A stretch of 64,000 nt of DNA from NCBI GenBank assembly GCA_964556885.1, contig CAZKYP010000001.1, positions 2,122-66,121 of the forward strand, written 5' to 3'. The DNA comes from an uncultured Pirellulales bacterium. Its GTDB lineage: Bacteria > Planctomycetota > Phycisphaerae > Sedimentisphaerales > Anaerobacaceae. The notes beneath the pieces are model-generated. The model did not search any database, was not told the DNA's origin, and worked only from the letters and a program-made list of their open reading frames with translations. Below, in pieces: positions 45,949-54,703 of this stretch (positions are counted from its first letter, which is position 1; every line of letters begins with the position of its first letter). A program made the translations under genes and the position numbers.

Positions 45949-47442
45949 ATGAGCCTAAGAAGAATTGTAGCAATAGGTAAAAATCCGGAAGTCCTGAGAC
46001 TAGCTCAACAGTTCGGCCGTGAGATATTTGGAGCCGATGACCTGACTGATGCTCTTGATATTGTCCAAACAGTTAATCCGAACCTTATTCTTTTCGATCA
46101 TGGTTTCAGTCCCGATCAGATCCGTCAGTTTTTGGATATGGCCGATAAAAACGTTTCGGATATCCCCGTAATTGTGATTGGCAGCGAAGATGGCGATATT
46201 AATCTTTCCTCTGAATACGTACAGATGGGGGCCTATGATTACCTTCACGGAAAAAAGGATTATGACTGGTTGGAGCGAATCGTTAATAAAATCAAGATTC
46301 GATTGAATGCCAGTGATTCAATTAGTACGGACAAACCGGAACAGTCTGATACCCTTTTGGAACGAAACAAGAATCGCTTTTTTGAAAACAATATTGCAGG
46401 CTCCGTATCAATGGTCGGCCGAAGCAAAGCTATTGCTAATACTGTTAAAATGATTAAACTCGTCGCATCCAGCCGATGCAATCCAGTCCTGATTGTCGGA
46501 GAAACAGGTACGGGCAAGGAACTTGCGGCCAAAGCAATACATGCTGTCAGGCATTCGAATGAGGTATTCGTTGCCGTTAATTGTGCGGCCCTGACAGCGA
46601 ACCTACTGGAAAGCGAGCTTTTCGGACATGTAAAAGGTTCATTTACCGGAGCAGACCGGGAAAAAACAGGCCTTCTGGAAGTGGCAGCTTCGGGGACACT
46701 TTTTCTTGACGAGATATCTGAAATGCCGATGGATCTCCAGGCCAAACTGCTGCGAGTCTTGCAGGAGAAAAGCTTCAGAAAGGTAGGAGGTATCAGTGAT
46801 ATCTCCTGTCAGGCTACTATAATTGCATCGAGCAATCGCGACCTTAAGAACGAGGTTCAGGCAAATCGTTTCAGACGCGACCTTTATTACCGTCTGAACA
46901 TCAGCCCCATTGTCTTAGCTCCTCTCAAATCACCGGAGCGAAGAACGGACATCAGGCTTCTGGCTGAATATTTCCTCCTGATATCCAGTATATGCCCTGA
47001 GAAACGCAATAAGGTAAAATCGATAACTGAATTGGCCTTGGAAGCATTGGAAAAGCATGACTGGCCCGGAAACGTTCGTGAATTGAAGAACGTAATTGAC
47101 AGGGCGATTTTGCTTGAAACAACCGATAAAATAGGTCTAAGCGGCATTGTGCTTGATCCGACAGAGTGCTCTAAAACACATGAAGGTCCAGCTACAGGTC
47201 TGATTAAAAGTTTCTCTCTGGCGAAAGCCGAACGAGAACTGATTTCCCTCGCTCTGAAGGAAACGGGCTGGCAAAAGACGCGTGCCGCCGCTCTTCTTGG
47301 CATAACCCGGGCAACACTTTACGCTAAAGTCAAGCAGTACAATCTCGAAAAGGATTCGAGCAATTCAACCGACGATTCAAATCAATATCAAAATGAATTT
47401 TCATCTATATCCATACCAGAGTCTACAGCAGTCGGTTTTTAA
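45949..47442 (+). CDS. Sigma-54-dependent transcriptional activator with atypical receiver domain (FleQ/FlrA-like)
   Basis: Has the AAA+ Walker A motif GETGTGKELAAKAIH, plus ESELFGHVKGSFTGA (GAFTGA variant) and a C-terminal Fis-type HTH (KTRAAALLGITRATLYAKVKQY). The N-terminal receiver-like fold keeps LILFDHG but lacks the acidic pair near the N-terminus. Confidence 0.88.
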   Translation: MSLRRIVAIGKNPEVLRLAQQFGREIFGADDLTDALDIVQTVNPNLILFDHGFSPDQIRQFLDMADKNVSDIPVIVIGSEDGDINLSSEYVQMGAYDYLHGKKDYDWLERIVNKIKIRLNASDSISTDKPEQSDTLLERNKNRFFENNIAGSVSMVGRSKAIANTVKMIKLVASSRCNPVLIVGETGTGKELAAKAIHAVRHSNEVFVAVNCAALTANLLESELFGHVKGSFTGADREKTGLLEVAASGTLFLDEISEMPMDLQAKLLRVLQEKSFRKVGGISDISCQATIIASSNRDLKNEVQANRFRRDLYYRLNISPIVLAPLKSPERRTDIRLLAEYFLLISSICPEKRNKVKSITELALEALEKHDWPGNVRELKNVIDRAILLETTDKIGLSGIVLDPTECSKTHEGPATGLIKSFSLAKAERELISLALKETGWQKTRAAALLGITRATLYAKVKQYNLEKDSSNSTDDSNQYQNEFSSISIPESTAVGF

Positions 47443-47596
47443 TTCCTCAGTTCCTTTTAACTGTGTCAGAAAATCTATCGATCCGTATAGAATCCTGACA
47501 ATCTTTTTACGAATAAAAGCATTTCCGATACAATAAAGTTATTGTTTTGTACCCCAAACCTTAAAAAGTAAGCATCAGGGAATGCGCGTTCGGCTC

Positions 47597-47611
47597 TGGC
47601 ACAGTAATTGC
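47597..47611 (+). promoter_or_regulatory. sigma-54 -24/-12 promoter for the TPR / activator / fliLMN-flhA-fliA operon
   Basis: The sequence cTGGCACagtaATTGCTa has GG-N10-GC spacing. It lies about 95 nt upstream of the ATG at 47705. Confidence 0.72.
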
Positions 47612-47704
47612 TAATTTATTTCAGAAAAGATTTATAAAACGGCCTCGCATATTCCGGGATCGTTCGGAAACACGGGATTTGCGCGGTTGTGATATTAGAA
47701 AAAA

Positions 47705-50212
47705 ATGGCTAAAGAAGAAGAACAAAACAAAGTTCCCGAAGAAAACCTCTCCGAAAAACTTTCGGATCGCGATATATTTTCGGACGAAGTTTATAAAGAG
47801 CTCCGAGAAAGCGATATAATTACCGGCGATGAGAATCTGTATGAGCTTTTAAAAGATTTTTCTGCAACGGATGAGAAATTTCAAATCGAGGGTAAATCTG
47901 AAGTTGGGCCAAAACTGAAAGAAAAGTTTTCGCTTATCCCCAAAGTGCTTATTTTCTGTATTATTACCGTAGCATCGATACTGTTGTACGTGTTGCTAAA
48001 ACCCATTCTCAGCCCCGTGAACGCTCCACCTTCATCCGAGGCTGTGACAAAAACGGCCTTCCCGCAAATAACTGATGCATCACAGCCTGTTTCAGAGACC
48101 GAACAGAGTACCCCGGAACAGGTTCGCAATCCTGCGTCTTCATTATCATCGAATCAGTCATTATCTTTAAGTGTTGCCCGCAATTTCTATGAGCAGGAAG
48201 ATTTTACCCTGGCATACTCCGTCTATCAGAAAATGAGGGAAAACCTTCCAACCGTCGGGGAAGAGGAGCTGTTGAGGGATTTCCTCCAGTTGAAGATGGC
48301 ATTATGTGCAAACAGGGGGGCTGATTATGAACAGGCCAACCATCTATTGAGTTTGGTTTGCGAGAGTCGCTCTCCGGCCGTGAAGGTAATTGCCAATTAC
48401 CATCTTACTCTGCTCGATATCCGAAAAAAGCAATATCTTCGGGCTCGAACCAGAGCGTATAAGACCATCGCGTTAATAAAAGCAGTCGATTTCAACGATG
48501 ACTGGGCCTTGTCGTTCGAATGTGACTGTTATTTTCTCGCCGCCGAATGTCTTACTCGACATATACTTTCTCTTGGCAACGCAGATAACAACCTTCCCGA
48601 AAACCTCTGGGACAATCCTGTGACATTGGACGACCCGTTCGATAAACTCAATGAATCACAACTGCGTCGTTTCCTGAACTCAGGCACGGATAACCTGGCC
48701 GGCGGGCTTCTTGACCCGGAAATTCATAAAATTGAACGCCCCGATGGTCTGCCCCGCTGGTCCGTTGTTTCTTACGGCGTGCCCGTGGATGAATTGCTGG
48801 CTAAAATCGCCAGCGATGCGGGCTTCGATATCAACTGGGCCGTTGAAGTGCAATCCGACGCCGACCCGGAGAAAGATAAAATCAGGCAAAGGTCTGTCAG
48901 CTTGTATCTTCCGGCGGCTTCGTACGGACAAATTGTGCAGATTACCGCCGGTTGCGCCGGTTTACTGGTATCTACGGAAAACGAACATGACAAGCCTGGA
49001 ATCACAATCTTCGATCCAACGGATTATTCATCCTTACAGGAACATATATATTTCCTGAGCCGGCATGCTGTGTCGCTCTGGCAGGAGTTTGTCCTTATGT
49101 TTTACAGCGATAAACGTCTCGGCAACTGTCATTTTGCCATGGGTCTTTTGCAGTCTCTTATGGAATTACCGGCCGAAGCGATTGCAGAGTACAAGCTGGT
49201 TGCCAATCGGTTTCCACAAAGCCCGCTCGCGCCATTCGCATTGCTGCATTCGAGCAGGCTGAAATCGAATTTGCGCGACCACAAAGGAGCCAGAGAGGAT
49301 TTGAAACAGCTAATAGAGCAATATCCCGATACGAAAGTTTTCGGCCAGGCTTATCTGCGTCTTGCAGATGCTACGATGGAGGCAGGACTTAAATCGGAGG
49401 CGGCCCAGCTTTATCAAAGGATTTATAATTTCGATTTGTCGGTGGAATCCAACAAAGCCTCCGCTCTCGGTGCCGCCGGATGTCACTATGAAACCGAATC
49501 GTACCAGGATGCGGTAAAATGGCTGATCCGATATATCAACCTGGCGGACGACGACAACAACAACTTATATTCGGCCTACCTTCTTTTAGGCAAATCTTAT
49601 CTGGCGTTGGAGCAATATCAGCAGGCATGTGACGCCTTTAAATATGCGTTAACGGAGCAAAACTCAAGAGAACAATATGTGGAGGCCATTCAATCACTTG
49701 TGGAAAGTCATATAGAGCAGGGTAATTTCCTGGAAGCGATTGATGTGCTGGAAAGTGTCCGCTCTATCGCTTTGTCGCAGGAACAATCGGTTGATATGCT
49801 GGTTCTAAAGAGCAGAATTTATCGGTTACTGGCTCTTGTGGATACGGCCGTTGTTTTACTGCGTGACAGGTCCGGATTTGTCACTGAACCTGTATTAAAG
49901 GCAAAAATCTCTTTCGAATTAGCCATGTGTTATATTACAAAGGGTGATCTGGAGCTTGCCCGCAGCAGCCTGGGTGATGTCCTCGGCTATGTCGAGTCCG
50001 GGCCCTTTTCACATAAAGCCGCTCTCGAATTAGCAGATGTTTGTTTGAAGCTCGGCCAGAACTCCCAAGCTATAACAATATGTTCACAGCTTCTTGATTC
50101 CGACACATCGGATCAGACGAAGCGAAAAGCTTTAGAACTGCTGGCTTCGGCTTACAACCAGCAGGGAAACTACGAAAAAGCGGCGTTGGCCCTGTCCGGT
50201 CAATGGAAATGA
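47705..50212 (+). CDS. Large single-pass membrane protein with extensive extracytoplasmic TPR repeats
   Basis: Has an acidic N-terminus and one TM (VLIFCIITVASILLYVLL), followed by many TPR / YbgF-BamD-like units, for example ANRFPQSPLAPFALLHS, LIEQYPDTKVFGQAYLRLADA and YNQQGNYEKAALAL. Confidence 0.75.
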   Translation: MAKEEEQNKVPEENLSEKLSDRDIFSDEVYKELRESDIITGDENLYELLKDFSATDEKFQIEGKSEVGPKLKEKFSLIPKVLIFCIITVASILLYVLLKPILSPVNAPPSSEAVTKTAFPQITDASQPVSETEQSTPEQVRNPASSLSSNQSLSLSVARNFYEQEDFTLAYSVYQKMRENLPTVGEEELLRDFLQLKMALCANRGADYEQANHLLSLVCESRSPAVKVIANYHLTLLDIRKKQYLRARTRAYKTIALIKAVDFNDDWALSFECDCYFLAAECLTRHILSLGNADNNLPENLWDNPVTLDDPFDKLNESQLRRFLNSGTDNLAGGLLDPEIHKIERPDGLPRWSVVSYGVPVDELLAKIASDAGFDINWAVEVQSDADPEKDKIRQRSVSLYLPAASYGQIVQITAGCAGLLVSTENEHDKPGITIFDPTDYSSLQEHIYFLSRHAVSLWQEFVLMFYSDKRLGNCHFAMGLLQSLMELPAEAIAEYKLVANRFPQSPLAPFALLHSSRLKSNLRDHKGAREDLKQLIEQYPDTKVFGQAYLRLADATMEAGLKSEAAQLYQRIYNFDLSVESNKASALGAAGCHYETESYQDAVKWLIRYINLADDDNNNLYSAYLLLGKSYLALEQYQQACDAFKYALTEQNSREQYVEAIQSLVESHIEQGNFLEAIDVLESVRSIALSQEQSVDMLVLKSRIYRLLALVDTAVVLLRDRSGFVTEPVLKAKISFELAMCYITKGDLELARSSLGDVLGYVESGPFSHKAALELADVCLKLGQNSQAITICSQLLDSDTSDQTKRKALELLASAYNQQGNYEKAALALSGQWK

Positions 50213-51069
50213 AGATGAGGAACAAGAAATCAAAATACAAATACGAGTTTGAATCCGGCAATTACAGAATGACAAAAATGAGGTTTTGCTGTTTTGTTTT
50301 TTGCTTTATGATGATACCTCTGAACCTTTTAACGTCGCTGACAGATACATTATATGCGAAACCTAATGCGGATCCGAACTACGAAACATCCGACAGTGAT
50401 TTTCCTTTGCCACAGGATACGAACAGTACCGCCGTTCACAATCTGCAGTCGGCCGGGGTCAGTTCCGCAAAGGAAAGAAACGAGCAAAGGAGCAAGGAAC
50501 GGCTCAGACAAATGATTGAGATGCTTCGTTCTATCGAACTTTCGTCACAAAAGCCGTCCTTTGAACCCCTGGTTGTTTCAAAACAAATAGAGAAACAAGA
50601 GCCAAACGAGGTTCCACTTCATGATATTATGCCGATGCAACCAGAAAAAAGTACCAGTCCAAAGGTAGAAACAGAATCTCAATCATCTACCGGACTGATT
50701 AATAATTCAACTTTACAAATGTTGAAGGACCTGTCACAGCAACCCGGTGAACTGCACAATCCTTTTGAGCTTGGAGAGGTTCTGTTTCTAAGCGGACATC
50801 TGAGAGAGGCGGCTGCTTTCTACCAGGAAGCATTGCGTCGAATCGATGCCAAAGATATCAGGATGGTGGAAACAAGGGCCTGGATATTGTTCCAGATAGG
50901 AAATTGCTTGAGAAACAGCGATATGCCCGCCGCCGCGAAGATATATGGTCAGCTTATTGCGGAATACCCCAATTCGCCCTGGACGGAGTTGGCACAGGCA
51001 CAGGTAAAGCTGATTGAATGGCTGCAAAAGGACGAACCGGAAAATTTGATTGTCGGCTATAAACCGTAA
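50203..51069 (+). CDS. Exported protein with C-terminal YbgF/TPR-like domain
   Basis: Has a hydrophobic N-terminal segment (FCCFVFCFMMIPLNLLTSL). The C-terminus reads AAFYQEALRRID...AAKIYGQLIAEYPNSPWTELAQAQV. The ATG overlaps the stop of the preceding gene (ATGGAAATGA), and several in-frame Met codons make the exact start uncertain. Confidence 0.65.
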   Translation: MEMKMRNKKSKYKYEFESGNYRMTKMRFCCFVFCFMMIPLNLLTSLTDTLYAKPNADPNYETSDSDFPLPQDTNSTAVHNLQSAGVSSAKERNEQRSKERLRQMIEMLRSIELSSQKPSFEPLVVSKQIEKQEPNEVPLHDIMPMQPEKSTSPKVETESQSSTGLINNSTLQMLKDLSQQPGELHNPFELGEVLFLSGHLREAAAFYQEALRRIDAKDIRMVETRAWILFQIGNCLRNSDMPAAAKIYGQLIAEYPNSPWTELAQAQVKLIEWLQKDEPENLIVGYKP

Positions 51070-51111
51070 ATGTTGCAGACTTAAAATAACAAGAGAGACA
51101 ATAGAAAATAT

Positions 51112-52647
51112 ATGACCGAGACAGACAAAAAAAATGCTGCAATGCGGGAAGATATAGCAAACGTGCTGATAGTCGACAACGACACCGAGTTGGCTCGCGC
51201 CATGCTTGAAGTTATGGCTCGCAAAGGAATTCGGGGATATCTTGTCAGTGACATAAAGAAAGCCGGCGAATTCGTATGCAAGAGTCGTTGCGATCTCGTG
51301 TTCATAAGTGACAATCTGGAACAAACCATAGAAGGATCACGTCGGTCTCAGAGCGGCTTCGAGCTGCTTGAAAATATTAAAACAAACTGGCCCGAGATGC
51401 CGATTATTATGACGGCCGGTGCCCAAAACCAGAAATCTCAAAATCAGCAGCGAATTATCGAAACCGCCGTCAGGGCTGTTCGCAGGGGCTGCTGCGATTT
51501 TGCGGCCAAACCGCTGAGCCGCGAAAGAATAGAAAATCTGCTCGATACATACCTGCCAAACCACGGCATATCAACGATAGAGACCGCCCATGAAAACATG
51601 AATTGCCTTTATCATATCGTAGGAAAAAGTGCTAGCCTCTTCAGGACCGTTGACCTGGCCAGGAGAGTCGCTCCAACCTCAGCGCCCGTATTAATAAGCG
51701 GTGAAAGCGGCACAGGCAAAGAGCTGCTTGCTTATTATATTCATCATAACAGCAAAAGAGCTCAGGGTTCGTATATCAAAATTAATTGTGCCGCCTTAAA
51801 TGAATCTCTTCTTGAAAGTGAGCTGTTCGGTCATGAGAAGGGAGCTTTCACCGGCGCCTATATGCAGCGTAAAGGGCGGTTTGAAATGGCTCATGGCGGG
51901 ACTCTGCTGCTGGATGAAATATCCGAAACGCCCATCAGGTTTCAGGCCAAGTTGTTGCGTGTGCTCGAGCAGCAGGATTTCGAACGTGTCGGCGGCAATG
52001 AAAGCGTAAGAGTCAATGTCAGAATTATCAGCACCACCAACAAGAATCTGTTGCACGAAATCAGAAGAGGTCGGTTCCGTCAGGATTTGTATTATCGCCT
52101 GAGCGGTGTAAGACTGGTTATATCTCCTCTGCGGGAACGTACCGACGATTTGCGTGAGCTTGTATGGTATTTCATCAATCTTTACGCCCGTGAAATATCT
52201 CGTCGTATAACACGTCTTGATCCGGCCATGATGGACATCCTTGCTAAATATCACTGGCCCGGCAATGTGCGTCAATTGCGTAATGTGGTTCGAACATCTC
52301 TGATATTGGGATTTGGGGAGACTTTATCGCTCGCCGATGTTTCCTGGCTGTTCGACGAATTGCAACCGCTGATCCAGGAAGGGTGTGGCAATATTGATTC
52401 ATCACGTATCGAACATGAAATTGGGGGTGAGGATTGTTCATATACTGATATGAATGTGGAACAAAATAATGAGGGTGGTCTGGGAGGCGTACCGCTCGTA
52501 CAGATAGAACGAAGAGCGATTATCGATACATTACGTCAGACCGGCGGAAATCAGACAAAAGCCGCTAAAGTCCTGGGCATAAGTGACCGTACATTAAGAG
52601 ATAGAATACAAAGATATAAAAAGGAAGGTTGTTTACAGGCATCATGA
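51112..52647 (+). CDS. Sigma-54-dependent response regulator (FlrC/FleR-like)
   Basis: The receiver looks canonical: VLIVDNDTE, DLVFISDN, IIMTAG, FAAKP. The AAA+ domain has GESGTGKELLA and ESELFGHEKGAFTGA. The C-terminal HTH is QTKAAKVLGISDRTLRDRIQRY. Confidence 0.9.
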   Translation: MTETDKKNAAMREDIANVLIVDNDTELARAMLEVMARKGIRGYLVSDIKKAGEFVCKSRCDLVFISDNLEQTIEGSRRSQSGFELLENIKTNWPEMPIIMTAGAQNQKSQNQQRIIETAVRAVRRGCCDFAAKPLSRERIENLLDTYLPNHGISTIETAHENMNCLYHIVGKSASLFRTVDLARRVAPTSAPVLISGESGTGKELLAYYIHHNSKRAQGSYIKINCAALNESLLESELFGHEKGAFTGAYMQRKGRFEMAHGGTLLLDEISETPIRFQAKLLRVLEQQDFERVGGNESVRVNVRIISTTNKNLLHEIRRGRFRQDLYYRLSGVRLVISPLRERTDDLRELVWYFINLYAREISRRITRLDPAMMDILAKYHWPGNVRQLRNVVRTSLILGFGETLSLADVSWLFDELQPLIQEGCGNIDSSRIEHEIGGEDCSYTDMNVEQNNEGGLGGVPLVQIERRAIIDTLRQTGGNQTKAAKVLGISDRTLRDRIQRYKKEGCLQAS

Positions 52648-52683
52648 TTTGCTTGTTCGTTTGATTCAAATGGGGGCAAAAGC

Positions 52684-53265
52684 ATGGCAGATGAAGAAAA
52701 TAAACAGGAAAATGAAGATTCAAAATCAGAAAGTAACAGTGGAGAATCTATGATAAAGCGATTACTTCCGTGGATAATATTAACCGTAGTGGTGATATTC
52801 TGTGCCGGCGCAGGTTTTGGTCTTGGCAGGTTATTTGCCGGTTCCAGAACGACGGACGCGACCGAGGTCGATTCATCGGCGGATAACTCGAATCAAAAAG
52901 AAGACCTCAGCACCCCCGTTGGTTCAGAGGCCAGTTCGAATAATGTTTGGTACTATGACCTTGATCCGGTCGTTGCAAGTCTTAATGAACCCAGCGTAAC
53001 GCGTTATGTCCGGGCCTCTCTGACGCTTCAAATGAGCTCCGACCTGGAGCAGAAAAAGGGTACAGAAATAATCGATAAGAAAAAACCCGTTCTGATTAAC
53101 TGGCTTACTGTTTATCTTTCAGGTTTAACCCTTGAAGATATAAGAGGTGATAAAAACCTCAAAGCCATACAATGGAAAGTTTGCGAGTCCTTTAATGAGA
53201 TACTGTTCCCTGATTCAAAAGCTTATCTTAAAGAGATCCTGATTAAGGAATTTCCAGTTCAATGA
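52684..53265 (+). CDS. fliL: Flagellar basal-body-associated protein FliL
   Basis: Has a single TM (LLPWIILTVVVIFCAGAGFGLG) and the FliL body YYDLDPVVASLNEP...YVRASLTLQM...DIRGDKNLKAIQWKV...EFPVQ. It lies upstream of fliM with a 4-nt overlap. Confidence 0.85.
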   Translation: MADEENKQENEDSKSESNSGESMIKRLLPWIILTVVVIFCAGAGFGLGRLFAGSRTTDATEVDSSADNSNQKEDLSTPVGSEASSNNVWYYDLDPVVASLNEPSVTRYVRASLTLQMSSDLEQKKGTEIIDKKKPVLINWLTVYLSGLTLEDIRGDKNLKAIQWKVCESFNEILFPDSKAYLKEILIKEFPVQ

Positions 53266-54233
53266 GCAGTCGTATAATGAACAACTTGAGCAGAGACAGG
53301 ATAAATCAGCTTTTTACGGCGGCGCGTGCTACGGCTAAAGAAGAACCGTCACAGGTACAAGCCACGGAATTCAACTGGCTTGAACCTCATTATTTCAACG
53401 CCGTCCAGCTTGAAAATATTAACAAATTCACACAAATGCTCGCTGTAGCAATTAGTAAAAAATTTACCGAACTTAATAACTGTAAGTTCGAAGTTACCAT
53501 TGTTTCAGTTACCCAGTACTTTGCGGGTGAATATCTTAAAGATGCCCAAAACAGTGAACCGAAAAATTATTACCTTCCTTTCGCCGCAGACAAGCAGAGC
53601 CCTTGCGGATTTGTCGGTATCCCTGAGCAAACCGCTTTTACCTGGGCAACGCAATTGCTCGGAGATTCAAAGCCGGAAGACGGCTCGAACAGGGATTTAT
53701 CACAATTAGAAGAATCTCTCCTGGGGGATCTGGCCGGTGCTATTGTCGGAGTTTTTTCAAGTACATATAAGGCATCTGCTTTTATTCCTGCCGGAAATTT
53801 TATAAAGGGACACTGGCCTCTCAATATACAGCCAAACGATGAAATATGTAAAATTTCTTTTGATGTCAAAAAGACCGATTCCGAGAGCGGCTCCGGTGCA
53901 TACATTATAATCCCTTGCAGTAAATTTGAAACCGCGGCGGGGAAATCCGCACAAACTGCCGGTCAGCAGTCGTCGGCAGATATTTCAAAAGCAATCATTG
54001 GGCACCTGCATGAAATAAAGCTCTCGGTTAAAGCTCAATTAACCCGGGCCGCAATTACATTCGAAGAAATGATGAATCTTCAGGTAGATGATATCTTGCT
54101 GCTTGACAGAAAGATTGATGAGCCGGTCGAATTAATGTTGGGCGATCGGACGATCAGTTACGGCCGGCCTGCGAGATCAGAGGGTAAATATGCTTTGGTA
54201 ATCACCGCAGATAAAGGACCTCTGCGTAAGTGA
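53262..54233 (+). CDS. fliM: Flagellar motor switch protein FliM
   Basis: The N-terminal LSRDRINQLF resembles the CheY-P binding peptide LSQxEIDxLL. The C-terminal SpoA-type block is ITFEEMMNLQVDDILLLDRKIDEPVELMLGDRTISYGRP. Confidence 0.9.
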   Translation: MSSRIMNNLSRDRINQLFTAARATAKEEPSQVQATEFNWLEPHYFNAVQLENINKFTQMLAVAISKKFTELNNCKFEVTIVSVTQYFAGEYLKDAQNSEPKNYYLPFAADKQSPCGFVGIPEQTAFTWATQLLGDSKPEDGSNRDLSQLEESLLGDLAGAIVGVFSSTYKASAFIPAGNFIKGHWPLNIQPNDEICKISFDVKKTDSESGSGAYIIIPCSKFETAAGKSAQTAGQQSSADISKAIIGHLHEIKLSVKAQLTRAAITFEEMMNLQVDDILLLDRKIDEPVELMLGDRTISYGRPARSEGKYALVITADKGPLRK

Positions 54234-54289
54234 TATTAATTAAATAAACATAAATGTGATAACAAATAAATTTTAAGGAAAGTCATAAC

Positions 54290-54685
54290 ATGGCAAAAGC
54301 AGCTCAGGGGGTAATGGAAAAACCGGATGTTAAGCAAGAGACTTCCCAATCAGAAGCTCAGAAGCAGGCACAGTCCGTGGAGTTTGAAGAAGCTGTCGGA
54401 AGCGACGCGGCGGGCAATGGTGCGAGTCTGGACATACTATTGGATATGAATGTGCCTATTACGGTTACCATTGGTCAAACAGAAATACAGGTGCGGCGTC
54501 TTTTACAGCTTGGGCCGGGTTCGGTTGTAAAGCTTGATAAATCCATTGAAGAACCGATGGATTTGTACTTGAAGGATGTTAAATTTGCAACTGGAACCGC
54601 TGTTGTAGTGGACGGACGTTTTGCCATAAAAATAACTCAGATTCTGGGTCTTGGTAACTCGGCAGGCAACACCGCGAAGCAGTAA
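54290..54685 (+). CDS. fliN: Flagellar motor switch protein FliN
   Basis: Carries a SpoA domain: LDILLDMNVPITVTIGQTEIQVRRLLQLGPGSVVKLDKSIEEPMDLYLKDVKFATGTAVVVDGRFAIKI. Confidence 0.92.
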   Translation: MAKAAQGVMEKPDVKQETSQSEAQKQAQSVEFEEAVGSDAAGNGASLDILLDMNVPITVTIGQTEIQVRRLLQLGPGSVVKLDKSIEEPMDLYLKDVKFATGTAVVVDGRFAIKITQILGLGNSAGNTAKQ

Positions 54686-54703
54686 ACTTGTTAAGGAATT
54701 CTG

